IMG/VR virus record: IMGVR_UViG_2563366891_000011
Coordinates: 1 to 30,301 of that record
From: a virus
Lineage: Duplodnaviria; Heunggongvirae; Uroviricota; Caudoviricetes
Reading direction: 5' to 3' (one strand)
DNA length: 30,301 nucleotides
Position 1 is the stretch's first letter, and each line of letters opens with the position of its first letter. The translations under genes were made by a program, and so were the position numbers. The notes beneath the pieces are model-generated. The model did not search any database. It saw only the letters and a program-made list of their open reading frames with translations, and had not been told where the DNA came from. This document shows positions 8,161 to 16,811 of the stretch, one piece after another.

Positions 8161-8649
8161 ATGAGTCTTTTGAATGAAGTTCAGAAATTCATTGAAGCCC
8201 ATCCGGGGTGTACTTCCGGAGACATTGCGGATGCTTTTGCAGGCTACTCACGGCAGCGCGTTCTGCAGTCAGCAAGCAAGTTACGTCAGAGTGGGCGTGT
8301 GGCTCACCGTTGTGAAGGGGATACACGCAGACATTTCCCGCGCCTGACTGAGAGAGCGCAGGAGCCGGAACCACAACCAGTTCGTGAAACCAGACCTGCG
8401 CGCAATTTCTATGTCGGCACTAACGATCCACGGGTAATTTTGTGCCTGACCCGCCAGGCTGAAGAACTGGAGTCCAGGGGCTTATACCGTCGTGCTGCAA
8501 CCGTGTGGATGGCGGCATTCCGTGAAAGCCACTCCCAACCAGAACGAAACAATTTTCTGGCGCGTCGTGAGCGGTGTTTACGGAAAAGCAGCAAGCGCGC
8601 TGCATCGGGTGAAGAGTGGTATCTGTCAGGGAATTACGTGGGGGCTTAA
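8161..8649 (+). CDS. Putative transcriptional regulator with PerC-like C-terminal motif
   Basis: 162 aa; motif LESRGLYRRAATVWMAAF resembles the PerC/Pch family signature as I recall; N-terminus looks like a small helical DNA-binding domain. Confidence 0.4.
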   Translation: MSLLNEVQKFIEAHPGCTSGDIADAFAGYSRQRVLQSASKLRQSGRVAHRCEGDTRRHFPRLTERAQEPEPQPVRETRPARNFYVGTNDPRVILCLTRQAEELESRGLYRRAATVWMAAFRESHSQPERNNFLARRERCLRKSSKRAASGEEWYLSGNYVGA

Positions 8650-9302
8650 TGAGTAATAAATATTGCCAGGCGCTGGTGGAACTGCGGAACAAACCAGCCC
8701 ATGAACTGAAGGAAGTGGGCGATCAGTGGCGCACGCCGGACAACATTTTCTGGGGAATTAACACCCTGTTTGGCCCGTTTGTTCTGGATCTGTTCACTGA
8801 CGGTGATAACACCAAATGTGCTGCGTATTACACGGCGGAAGACAACGCGCTGGCGCATGACTGGTCAGAACGTCTTGCGGAGCTTAAAGGTGCTGCCTTT
8901 GGTAATCCCCCATACAGCCGCGCCAGTCAGCATGAGGGGCAATACATCACAGGCATGCGTTACATCATGAAGCATGCCAGTGCCATGCGTGATAAAGGTG
9001 GGCGCTATGTTTTCCTGATCAAAGCTGCCACCAGCGAAGTGTGGTGGCCGGAAGATGCAGATCATATTGCTTTTATTCGCGGGCGTATTGGTTTTGAACT
9101 GCCTGCCTGGTTTATCCCGAAAGATGAGAAGCAGGTGCCGACAGGCGCTTTCTTCGCTGGTGCTATTGCTGTTTTCGACAAGACCTGGAAGGGACCGGCA
9201 ATCAGCTACATCGGGCGCGATGAACTTGAGGCATGTGGTGAGGCGTTTCTGGCGCAGGTTCGCCAGCAGGCGGAAAAACTGGTCAGGGAGATGGCGGCAT
9301 GA
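8649..9302 (+). CDS. Phage Dam-type N6-adenine DNA methyltransferase (orphan)
   Basis: 217 aa from ATG 8649 (TAATG overlap with upstream gene); catalytic NPPY motif (GNPPYS). Confidence 0.85.
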   Translation: MSNKYCQALVELRNKPAHELKEVGDQWRTPDNIFWGINTLFGPFVLDLFTDGDNTKCAAYYTAEDNALAHDWSERLAELKGAAFGNPPYSRASQHEGQYITGMRYIMKHASAMRDKGGRYVFLIKAATSEVWWPEDADHIAFIRGRIGFELPAWFIPKDEKQVPTGAFFAGAIAVFDKTWKGPAISYIGRDELEACGEAFLAQVRQQAEKLVREMAA

Positions 9303-9625
9303 CGACGTTAACTCAATGCCAGCAGCAGGTGCTGGATATGCTGATTTCTTATCAGAAAGAACGTGGCTTCCCGCCAACCAATCAGGAGGTGGCAACCATG
9401 CTGGGATACCGTTCAGTGAATGCAGCGGTGGAGCATCTTCGCGCACTGGAGAAAAAAGGCGTCATCACGATAAAGCGTGGTGTGGCCCGGGGGATCACGC
9501 TTCATACCGTGGTGAAGGACGACGACAGCGAGGCGGTCGGGATTATCCGCTCACTGCTTGCCGGTGAGGAAAACGCCAGGCTGCGTGCAGCCCACTGGTT
9601 ACATGAGAGGGGCCTGAAAGTATGA
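9299..9625 (+). CDS. LexA-like protein, DNA-binding domain only (no S24 peptidase domain)
   Basis: 108 aa; strong resemblance to the LexA N-terminal winged-helix (QQQVLDMLISY...GFPPT..EVATMLGYRS.NAAVEHLRALEKKGVI); ends about where the LexA hinge would begin. Confidence 0.72.
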   Translation: MTTLTQCQQQVLDMLISYQKERGFPPTNQEVATMLGYRSVNAAVEHLRALEKKGVITIKRGVARGITLHTVVKDDDSEAVGIIRSLLAGEENARLRAAHWLHERGLKV

Positions 9626-10017
9626 AGCTGATCCTACCTTTTCCGCCCAGCGTGAACACGTACTGGCGACACCCCAACAAAGGGGCGTTTGCTGGTAAGA
9701 GCCTGATAAGCGCGGCGGGGCGAAAATTCCAGAGCGCGGCGTGTGCAGCAATAGTTGAGCAGTTACGTCGTCTGCCGAAACCAACGTCGGCACCTGCTTC
9801 AGTGGAGATCGTGTTGTTTCCTCCGGATAACCGGATCCGCGATCTGGACAACTATAACAAGGCGCTGTTTGACGCCCTGACCCACGCGGGTGTGTGGGAA
9901 GACGACAGTCAGGTGAAAAGAATGCTGGTGGAGTGGGGACCGGTTATCCCGGAGGGGAAGGTCGAGATCACTATCAGTAAGTACGAAAAAGCGAGTTGCA
10001 AATTAGCAACTCGGTAA
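9622..10017 (+). CDS. rusA: RusA-family Holliday junction resolvase
   Basis: 131 aa; PFPPSVNTYWRH and RDLDNYNKALFDALT motifs match RusA; ATGA overlap with the upstream gene. Confidence 0.9.
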   Translation: MKLILPFPPSVNTYWRHPNKGAFAGKSLISAAGRKFQSAACAAIVEQLRRLPKPTSAPASVEIVLFPPDNRIRDLDNYNKALFDALTHAGVWEDDSQVKRMLVEWGPVIPEGKVEITISKYEKASCKLATR

Positions 10018-10062
10018 CGGAATTGAGCAACACCCTAAATTTGGGTATTACCTCGTTAAAGA

Positions 10063-10082
10063 TACTGTATTTATGAACAGTG
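10063..10082. promoter_or_regulatory. Candidate LexA (SOS) box TACTGTATTTATGAACAGTG
   Basis: CTGT-N8-ACAG architecture matching the E. coli SOS box consensus, about 100 bp upstream of the KilA-N gene; candidate promoter hexamers TTGATA (10088-10093) / TAAGTT (10111-10116) follow. Confidence 0.6.
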
Positions 10083-10179
10083 TATCCTTGATAACTATTA
10101 AAAATCGCAGTAAGTTCATCCTGCATCAACGAAAAGGGAGTGCAGTCCCGCTCGTGGATAAAAATTTGTGGAGAAACCA

Positions 10180-10995
10180 ATGAATCAGTTGCTTGTAATT
10201 GATGGCGTTTCTGTGCGCCAGTACTTCGAATCTAACTACTGTCTTAACGACCTTCAGAAAGCAGCTCTTCTTGCCGCTGGTGAGAATCGCTCCTCCCGTT
10301 CGCTGGAAGTTCACGAGTTTATGCGTCGTCCTGAAACGAAGGCTCTTGTGGAATTATTGGAAGAAGAAACTACGGGAGATTCCCGTAGTATTCCTGTCAT
10401 CACCATTCAGGGGCGCAATGGTGGGACGTATGTCTGTAAAGAGCTGGTCTATGCATATGCAATGTGGATCAGCCCGGCATTCAGCTTAAAAGTGATACGT
10501 ACTTTTGATGCGCTTCATAATTCATCACCAGAAGAAACCACATCCGACAAAATTAAATCCGGGGTCATTCTGCTTGAATCAGCAGCAAAGACTCTAAATC
10601 TGTCAAACTCCTCGAAACTTGGTGCATACCAGAAATTATCAAAGGTAGCTGGTCTTCCTGAACTTATGCCGATCTATGCCATTGATGCACCTGCTGATGC
10701 GCCAGATGGTTCAAGCCGCCCTACGCTGTCGCTGAGTGCACTGCTGAAGCAGTATGGTATCCGCCTGACGGCTAATCAGGCATATCACCAGATGGCGAAG
10801 CTGGGGATCGTTGAACAACGCGAACGATACAGCCGTACCGCGATTAACAACATCAAAAAATTCTGGTCGCTGACCGCGAAAGGCTGCATGTTCGGCAAGA
10901 ACATCACCAGTCCTGCAAATCCGCGCGAGACGCAGCCGCATTTCTTCGAATCCCGATTCCCTGAGCTGTTAAAGCTGCTCGATACCGTTCATTGA
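10180..10995 (+). CDS. KilA-N domain protein (candidate SOS-controlled antirepressor-type protein)
   Basis: 271 aa from ATG 10180 (GGAG RBS); N-terminal KilA-N/APSES-like segment; C-terminal domain of unknown function. Confidence 0.72.
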   Translation: MNQLLVIDGVSVRQYFESNYCLNDLQKAALLAAGENRSSRSLEVHEFMRRPETKALVELLEEETTGDSRSIPVITIQGRNGGTYVCKELVYAYAMWISPAFSLKVIRTFDALHNSSPEETTSDKIKSGVILLESAAKTLNLSNSSKLGAYQKLSKVAGLPELMPIYAIDAPADAPDGSSRPTLSLSALLKQYGIRLTANQAYHQMAKLGIVEQRERYSRTAINNIKKFWSLTAKGCMFGKNITSPANPRETQPHFFESRFPELLKLLDTVH

Positions 10996-10996
10996 G

Positions 10997-11992
10997 GTGA
11001 CCGTGAGAGCACTACTGACCCCTGAAATTGCCCCGCGTATGGGGATCGTATTGTTCAGACCAGGTTCAGAGCTGATGCCCTTGTTTATGCAGGGGCGTGT
11101 CCTGCTGGAGCCTGAGCCGGAACGTTATTCATCTTTCGCCAGTGGTGCCGTTCCGGCGGCATCACAACCGCTGGCGGATGATCCTGCCGTTCGGGCCGTG
11201 TTCCGCAATGAGGCAGTGATCCGTCGTGCTGGTGGCGTGGAATGTCTTGAAAGCTGGTTACTTCGTGAAAAAGGCTGCCAGTGGCCTCATTCCGACTGGC
11301 ACAGCGAGAACATGACAACAATGCGACACGCTCCGGGCGCAATCCGTCTGTGCTGGCACTGCGATAACCAGCTGCGCGATCAGTTCACGGAACGGCTGGA
11401 ATCAATGGCAACGGATAACTGTGCCCGCTGGGTGTTGTCTGTTGTGCGTCGGGATCTCGGTTTTGATGACAGTCATGTTGTGACAATGCCGGAACTGTGC
11501 TGGTGGCTGATTCGTAATGATCTGGCGGATGCCTTACCGGAAAGTGCAGCCCGTAAGGCACTGAGATTACCGAAGCCTGTTGTGCCGTCTGTTACCCGGG
11601 AAAGTGACCTTGTGCCTTCGGTTCCTGCCACCAGCATCATCCAGGATAAGGCGAAAAAGGTGCTGGCGCTGAAAGTGGATCCGGAGTCGCCGGAGTCTTT
11701 TATGTTACGCCCAAAACGTCACCGCTGGGTTAATGAAAAGTACACGCGCTGGGTTAAGACGCAGCCGTGCGCATGTTGTGGAAAACCTGCTGATGATCCC
11801 CACCACCTGATAGGCCACGGTCAGGGGGGAATGGGTACAAAAGCGCATGACCTTTTTGTGTTGCCTTTGTGCAGAAAGCATCACGACGAGCTGCATGCGG
11901 ATACCGTGGCATTTGAAGAGAAGTATGGCTCCCAGCTGGAGCTGATATTTCGTTTTATCGATCGCGCACTGGCGATTGGTGTGCTGGCCTGA
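10997..11992 (+). CDS. DUF968-family protein with C-terminal HNH-like Cys/His motif (YdfU-like)
   Basis: 331 aa; C-terminal [18 protein letters not shown]...[10 protein letters not shown] is a zinc-finger/HNH-type signature; start codon ambiguous (GTG at 10997 or 11003). Confidence 0.7.
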   Translation: MTVRALLTPEIAPRMGIVLFRPGSELMPLFMQGRVLLEPEPERYSSFASGAVPAASQPLADDPAVRAVFRNEAVIRRAGGVECLESWLLREKGCQWPHSDWHSENMTTMRHAPGAIRLCWHCDNQLRDQFTERLESMATDNCARWVLSVVRRDLGFDDSHVVTMPELCWWLIRNDLADALPESAARKALRLPKPVVPSVTRESDLVPSVPATSIIQDKAKKVLALKVDPESPESFMLRPKRHRWVNEKYTRWVKTQPCACCGKPADDPHHLIGHGQGGMGTKAHDLFVLPLCRKHHDELHADTVAFEEKYGSQLELIFRFIDRALAIGVLA

Positions 11993-12009
11993 TTTTGTGG
12001 AGAAAGTTA

Positions 12010-12393
12010 ATGCGTGATATTCAGATGGTTCTTGAACGTTGGGGAGCGTGGGCGGCTAATAATCATGAAGATGTGACCTGGTCGTCCATTGCCGCCGGTT
12101 TTAAGGGATTAATTCCTTCAAAAGTAAAATCTCGCCCGCAATGTTGTGACGATGACGCGATGATCATTTGCGGGTGCATGGCCCGTCTGAAAAAGAACAA
12201 CAGCGATTTACACGATTTATTAGTAGATTATTATGTATGTGGTATGACATTCATGTCACTGGCAAGTAAGCATTGCTGCTCGGATGGTTATATCGGGAAA
12301 AGGTTACAGAAGGCTGAGGGCATAATTGAAGGGATGTTAATGGCATTAGATATCCGGTTAGATATGGATATCGTTGCTAATAATTCTAATTGA
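12010..12393 (+). CDS. Q: Late-gene antitermination protein Q (phage 82/21-type short Q)
   Basis: 127 aa from ATG 12010 (GGAG RBS 7 nt upstream); Cys-rich motif ([16 protein letters not shown]); canonical position just upstream of the lysis cassette. Confidence 0.75.
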   Translation: MRDIQMVLERWGAWAANNHEDVTWSSIAAGFKGLIPSKVKSRPQCCDDDAMIICGCMARLKKNNSDLHDLLVDYYVCGMTFMSLASKHCCSDGYIGKRLQKAEGIIEGMLMALDIRLDMDIVANNSN

Positions 12394-12530
12394 TATGCAA
12401 TTGTTTACTAAAAGTTATTAAAAATGGGGCGTGGAAACGCCCCCAAAATAAAGGGTAATATATAACAGAAGGTTTATATAGTAAGAAGCAAGGTAGTGCT
12501 TCTAAAGGAAGTGGCTTGAGGGCTCCACTT
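12394..12530 (+). promoter_or_regulatory. Candidate late promoter (PR') / Q-utilisation region
   Basis: Inferred from position only (Q engages at a promoter next to its own gene); AT-rich with -35-like TTGATA at 12390-12395 and hairpin GGGGCG-TGGAAA-CGCCCC at 12426-12443; exact hexamers not resolved. Confidence 0.3.
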
Positions 12531-12570
12531 ATATGTTGCGGAGGCAAAGCCTCCCGCAACATATCTTTTT
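12531..12570 (+). terminator. Rho-independent terminator (candidate tR'-type terminator between PR' and IS200)
   Basis: 14-bp stem ATATGTTGCGGAGG / CCTCCCGCAACATAT with one bulge, loop CAAAG, followed by CTTTTT. Confidence 0.55.
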
Positions 12571-12713
12571 GTGCACAGAAAACCCCCAGCTAGGCTGGGG
12601 GTTCCGGAAAGCTTTCAGCTTTAAGCCAGTTATTAAAACCCCTTTTGATTTGTTAAAACACCTTGCGGTCTGGCAACTGCAAGTGTCAAACAAGAAATCA
12701 AAAGGGGGTCCCA

Positions 12714-13172
12714 ATGGGGAACGAAAAGAGCTTAGCGCACACCCGATGGAACTGTAAATATCACATAGTTTTTGCGCCAAAATACCGAAGACAGGTGTTC
12801 TACAGAGAGAAGCGTAGAGCAATAGGCAGTATTTTGAGAAAGCTGTGTGAGTGGAAAAGTGTACGGATTCTGGAAGCTGAATGCTGTGCAGATCATATCC
12901 ATATGCTTGTGGAGATCCCGCCCAAAATGAGCGTATCCGGCTTTATGGGATATCTGAAAGGGAAAAGCAGTCTGATGCTTTACGAGCAGTTTGGTGATTT
13001 GAAATTCAAATACAGGAACAGGGAGTTCTGGTGCAGAGGGTACTACGTCGATACGGTGGGTAAGAACACGGCGAAGATACAGGATTACATAAAGCACCAG
13101 CTTGAAGAGGATAAAATGGGAGAGCAGTTATCGATTCCCTATCCGGGCAGCCCGTTTACGGGCCGTAAGTAA
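12714..13172 (+). CDS. tnpA: IS200 transposase TnpA (Y1 HUH transposase)
   Basis: 152 aa; MGNEKSLAHTRWNCKYHIVFAPKYRRQVF and HIHMLVEIPPK (HUH) motifs typical of IS200 TnpA. Confidence 0.92.
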   Translation: MGNEKSLAHTRWNCKYHIVFAPKYRRQVFYREKRRAIGSILRKLCEWKSVRILEAECCADHIHMLVEIPPKMSVSGFMGYLKGKSSLMLYEQFGDLKFKYRNREFWCRGYYVDTVGKNTAKIQDYIKHQLEEDKMGEQLSIPYPGSPFTGRK

Positions 13173-13247
13173 CGAAGTTGGATGCAAATGTCAGATCGTG
13201 TGCGCCTGTTAGGGCGCGGCTGGTAAGAGAGCCTTATAGGCGCATTT

Positions 13248-13285
13248 GAAAAACCTCCGGCTATGCCGGAGGATATTTATTTCGT
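13248..13285 (-). terminator. GC-rich hairpin with minus-strand T-tract: porin terminator and/or IS200 right-end subterminal hairpin
   Basis: CCTCCGGC-TAT-GCCGGAGG (13254-13272) followed on the minus strand by TTTTTCAAAT; similar in form to the IS200 left-end hairpin. Confidence 0.45.
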
Positions 13286-13293
13286 AAGTCAGA

Positions 13294-14376
13294 TTAGAAC
13301 TGATAAACCAGACCTACAGCGACGATGTCGTCGGTATCAATACCAGCTGTTTTGGTAAACTTACTATCGTCAATTAAGTTGATTTTGTAATCAACAAAAG
13401 TGGACATGTTTTTATTAAAGTAGTAAGTAGCACCGACATCGACATACTTGACTAAGTCTCGGTCACCATGAACACCAAGGTCTTTACCTTTTGACTGAAG
13501 GTAAGCAACAGATGGACGCAGACCGAAGTCAAACTGATATTGTGCTACTGCTTCAAAGTTTTGTGCTTTGTTTGCAATATGGTTATTACCAAAAACGGTC
13601 ATATTCTGAGTTTCAGAATATGTGGTAGCCAGATAGATATTGTTCGCATCATATTTCAGGCCTGCAGCCCATACTTCCGCATTTTTGCCGGAGGCATTGA
13701 ATTTGCTCTTACCATAGGCGACCTGACCGTCAGTGCGATCTGATTTAGCATAGGTTGCACCCACGCCGAATCCTTCATACTCATAAGTAGTGGAGAAACC
13801 GAAACCATCACCATTGGCTTCAGTTACGTCAGTGCGGTCATTTTTACCCTGATACTGAGCAGCAAAGTTCAGGCCATCGACCAGACCAAAGAAGTCGTTG
13901 TTACGATAAGTTGCAACACCAGTAGTGCGACCAGTCATGAACACATCTGTTTGGGTCCAGGTATCACCACCGAATTCTGGCAGGACGTCAGTCCACGCAC
14001 CGATGTCGTATGCTACACCGTAGTTACGGCCGTAATCGATTGAGCCGTAATCACCAAATTTCAGGCCTGCAAATGCAAGACGGGTTTTGTCTTTGGAAGA
14101 ACCTTGAGATTCAGCACGGTTGCCTTTGAATTCATATTCCCACTGACCGAAACCAGTCAGTTGATCGTTGATTTGGGTTTCACCTTTGAAGCCAAGACGG
14201 GCATAAGTAGTATCACCATCATCTGCATCATTAGAGGAGAAGTAGTGCTTGGCATTAACTTTCCCGTATAGATCCAGCTTGTTACTGTCTTTATTATAAA
14301 TTTCAGCTGCCTGAGCAGACATCGCCATCAGTACTGATGCAGCTACAGCAGAAATTGCCACTGTTAATTTTTTCAT
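13294..14376 (-). CDS. nmpC: OmpC/OmpF-family outer-membrane porin, prophage-encoded (NmpC/Lc-like)
   Basis: 360 aa; signal peptide [30 protein letters not shown]-terminal VYQF, general-porin sequence character; sits antisense between Q and the lysis genes as nmpC does in DLP12. Confidence 0.9.
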   Translation of the reverse strand: MKKLTVAISAVAASVLMAMSAQAAEIYNKDSNKLDLYGKVNAKHYFSSNDADDGDTTYARLGFKGETQINDQLTGFGQWEYEFKGNRAESQGSSKDKTRLAFAGLKFGDYGSIDYGRNYGVAYDIGAWTDVLPEFGGDTWTQTDVFMTGRTTGVATYRNNDFFGLVDGLNFAAQYQGKNDRTDVTEANGDGFGFSTTYEYEGFGVGATYAKSDRTDGQVAYGKSKFNASGKNAEVWAAGLKYDANNIYLATTYSETQNMTVFGNNHIANKAQNFEAVAQYQFDFGLRPSVAYLQSKGKDLGVHGDRDLVKYVDVGATYYFNKNMSTFVDYKINLIDDSKFTKTAGIDTDDIVAVGLVYQF

Positions 14377-14803
14377 TGTACGCCCTTTTTTTTGAACTAT
14401 TATTAAAAAATGATGTCACTGCGCGATAAATATTCATCTAATCAATGCGATTATTTCAAGATGTAAGTTTTAGTTTCTCATTTAATTTGTGAAGTAGATC
14501 TCTATTTTTATCTAAACCTTTTCTATCTAATCCTATTCATGGCTCTTGTTTGAACGAAAATAAATCTATTAGCTAATTTATATTAATGGCACTTATTTAT
14601 AAGAGATCTATAATTCTTTAGCTTAATTTAAACAAACTAAAAATAACATCGGAAATTATTCATTGGTTATTTGTTGAAGTTTTCTTATGTATTTGTGGTG
14701 GTGTTTTGAACACTCGGTGGCATTCTCACAAATATCATTTAGTAGTTTACGTACGTAAAAAATTGGTTATGCTGTTAAGAGTGGTTACTTCGTCACACAG
14801 CTT

Positions 14804-14836
14804 AAACCCGCCGTCGAGCGGGTTTTTCCATTTTTT
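14804..14836 (+). terminator. Rho-independent terminator-like hairpin upstream of the holin gene
   Basis: AACCCGC-CGTCGA-GCGGGTT followed by TTTCCATTTTTT. Confidence 0.5.
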
Positions 14837-14965
14837 GAGTCTCGATATTAGCTGATAACCCAATACCTGAGTTATTCACTGACTCCGAATCTGTTACGTT
14901 TCTGCCTTTATTGCGATACGTAGTATCCCCTTAATTTACACCCGCTTTGTCTGCGAGGTGGGGTT

Positions 14966-15181
14966 ATGAAATCCATGGATAAGTTAACAACGGGTGTCGC
15001 CTATGGCACCTCAGCAGGTAGTGCCGGATACTGGTTTTTACAGCTGCTAGATAAAGTCACGCCCTCACAGTGGGCGGCAATTGGAGTGCTGGGTAGCCTG
15101 GTATTTGGCCTGCTGACGTACCTGACAAACCTTTATTTCAAGATTAAAGAAGATAAGCGCAAGGCTGCGAGAGGTGGATAA
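14966..15181 (+). CDS. S: Class II holin (phage 21 S21-type pinholin) with dual start (M1/M4)
   Basis: 71 aa, two TMDs, charged C-terminus; close resemblance to S21 as I recall; GAGGTGGGG RBS. Confidence 0.85.
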
Positions 15182-15678
15182 TGCCTCCATCATTACGAAA
15201 AGCTGTTGCTGCTGCTATTGGTGGCGGGGCTATTGCTATAGCATCTGTGTTAATCACTGGCCCAAGTGGTAACGATGGTCTGGAAGGTGTGAGACATAAT
15301 CCTTACAAAGACATAGTTGGTGTATGGACTGTATGTTACGGGCATACAGGAAAAGACATCATTCCCGGTAAAACGTATACCGAAGCAGAGTGCAAAGCCC
15401 TCCTGAATAAAGACCTTGCCACTGTCGCCAGACAAATTAACCCGTACATCAAAGTCGATATACCGGAAACAACGCGCGGCGCTCTTTACTCGTTCGTCTA
15501 CAACGTGGGTGCTGGCAATTTCAGAACATCGACGCTTCTTCGCAAAATCAACCAGGGCGATATCAAAGGCGCATGTGACCAGCTACGTCGCTGGACATAC
15601 GCTGGCGGTAAGCAATGGAAAGGGCTGATGACTCGCCGTGAGATTGAGCGTGAAGTCTGTTTGTGGGGGCAGCAATGA
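15181..15678 (+). CDS. R: SAR-endolysin (T4-lysozyme-like muramidase with N-terminal signal-anchor-release domain)
   Basis: 165 aa; Gly/Ala-rich N-terminal SAR segment ([18 protein letters not shown]); TAATG overlap with the holin stop. Confidence 0.88.
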   Translation: MPPSLRKAVAAAIGGGAIAIASVLITGPSGNDGLEGVRHNPYKDIVGVWTVCYGHTGKDIIPGKTYTEAECKALLNKDLATVARQINPYIKVDIPETTRGALYSFVYNVGAGNFRTSTLLRKINQGDIKGACDQLRRWTYAGGKQWKGLMTRREIEREVCLWGQQ

Positions 15679-16112
15679 GCAGGTTAACCGCGATTATCTC
15701 CGCTCTGGTTATCTGCATCATCGTCTGTCTGTCATGGGCTGTTAATCATTACCGTGATAACGCCATTACCTATAAAGAACAGCGCGATAAAGCCACGTAC
15801 ATCATCGCTGACATGCAGAAGCGTCAACGTGACGTAGCAGAACTCGATGCCAGATATACAAAGGAGCTTGCTGATGCTAACGCGACTATCGAAAGTCTCC
15901 GTGCTGATGTTTCTGCTGGGCGTAAGCGCCTGCAAGTCGCCGCCACCTGTGCAAAGTCAACGACCGGAGCCAGCGGCATGGGCGATGGAGAAAGCCCAGG
16001 ACTTACAGCAGATGCTGAACTCAATTATTACCGTCTCCGAAGTGGAATCGACAAGATAACCGCGCAGGTTAACTACCTGCAGGAATACATCAGGACGCAA
16101 TGCCTGAATTAA
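15675..16112 (+). CDS. Rz: Rz-type i-spanin
   Basis: 145 aa from ATG 15675 (ATGA overlap with the endolysin); N-terminal TMD then coiled-coil-like periplasmic domain. Confidence 0.8.
   Translation: MSRLTAIISALVICIIVCLSWAVNHYRDNAITYKEQRDKATYIIADMQKRQRDVAELDARYTKELADANATIESLRADVSAGRKRLQVAATCAKSTTGASGMGDGESPGLTADAELNYYRLRSGIDKITAQVNYLQEYIRTQCLN
15874..16059 (+). CDS. Rz1: Rz1-type o-spanin lipoprotein embedded in the +1 frame of Rz
   Basis: 61 aa from ATG 15874 (AAGGAG 7 nt upstream); signal peptide with lipobox-like VSAC, Pro-rich mature region. Confidence 0.65.
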   Translation: MLTRLSKVSVLMFLLGVSACKSPPPVQSQRPEPAAWAMEKAQDLQQMLNSIITVSEVESTR

Positions 16113-16143
16113 TTTTTTTGCAAATCACAAAGTCCATTTAATG

Positions 16144-16166
16144 AGCCTCGCGATGCGGGGCTTTTT
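16144..16166 (+). terminator. Rho-independent terminator-like hairpin after Rz (first of two in tandem)
   Basis: AGCCTCGC-GAT-GCGGGGCT (one G-U pair) followed by TTTT. Confidence 0.45.
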
Positions 16167-16173
16167 GCAATAA

Positions 16174-16199
16174 ATGCGTACCGCAACGCATGTTTTTTA
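16174..16199 (+). terminator. Rho-independent terminator after Rz (second of tandem pair)
   Basis: ATGCGT-ACCGCA-ACGCAT followed by GTTTTTTA. Confidence 0.55.
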
Positions 16200-16313
16200 C
16201 ACCGAACCTGCCCCTTTGGAATGGGCCTTTGAGGATACCAGTTAGTGCTGGCGAGCCTCGGTGGGCTGGTTTCCTGTGCGGCAAAGGTTCATTTCAAAGA
16301 GTAGGTACACGCT

Positions 16314-16811
16314 ATGAAATCATTAACCCTCTTCAATCAACCAATTCGTATCGGTGAAGATGGCATGATCTGCCTCACTGATATGTGGAAAGCCAGTGGT
16401 AAAAGTGAATCTGAATCGCCTTACCACTACCTGCGAAACAAGCAGACCAAAGAGTTCTTAGCCGAGCTGGAGAAAAACCACGAATCTGTGGTTTTTACTG
16501 AGCGCGGTGTACACGGTGGAACATATGGCGGGAAGTTTGTTGCTTACGATTATGCGGCTTGGTTAAACCCCGGGTTCAAGTACGCGGCCTATAAAGTCCT
16601 CGATGACTACTTCACCGGAGAACTTCAGCATCGCAACAGCTTAAGTGCGCAGCTCAACATGAAATGTCATGAGTTTGACCAGAAGAAAGACATGGCGAGC
16701 TTCTGCGGACAAGGGCTGGCAGCATGGCGCTATACGAAGCCAGTGTTGGTCGCTGAGATTAACTCCCTGGCTAACCAGCTGCAGATTACGATCCCCGGGC
16801 TTCCGGGATGA
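16314..16811 (+). CDS. KilA-N domain protein (second copy in this window)
   Basis: 165 aa; KilA-N-like core (ICLTDMWKASGK...GGTYGGKFVAYDYAAWLNPGF). Confidence 0.68.
   Translation: MKSLTLFNQPIRIGEDGMICLTDMWKASGKSESESPYHYLRNKQTKEFLAELEKNHESVVFTERGVHGGTYGGKFVAYDYAAWLNPGFKYAAYKVLDDYFTGELQHRNSLSAQLNMKCHEFDQKKDMASFCGQGLAAWRYTKPVLVAEINSLANQLQITIPGLPG

Larger units (their letters stand above)
12572..13285 (+). mobile_element. IS200 insertion sequence (IS200/IS605 family), ends approximate
   Basis: Y1 transposase gene plus left-end GC-rich hairpin (12583-12601), long 5'UTR stem-loop sequestering the tnpA RBS (12639-12654 / 12689-12707) and a similar right-end hairpin (13254-13272); total about 710 bp. 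Confidence 0.55.

Noticed and set aside
12426-12443. GGGGCG/CGCCCC hairpin as a plus-strand intrinsic terminator directly after Q
   Set aside because: No T-tract follows it on the plus strand (A-rich instead); a T-run follows only on the minus strand, so it is more likely part of the late promoter/pause region or a minus-strand element.
14377-14965. Hidden protein-coding gene in the 590-bp AT-rich region upstream of the porin gene
   Set aside because: No ORF of meaningful length in any frame per the ORF track; more consistent with a long regulatory leader or promoter region for the porin gene.
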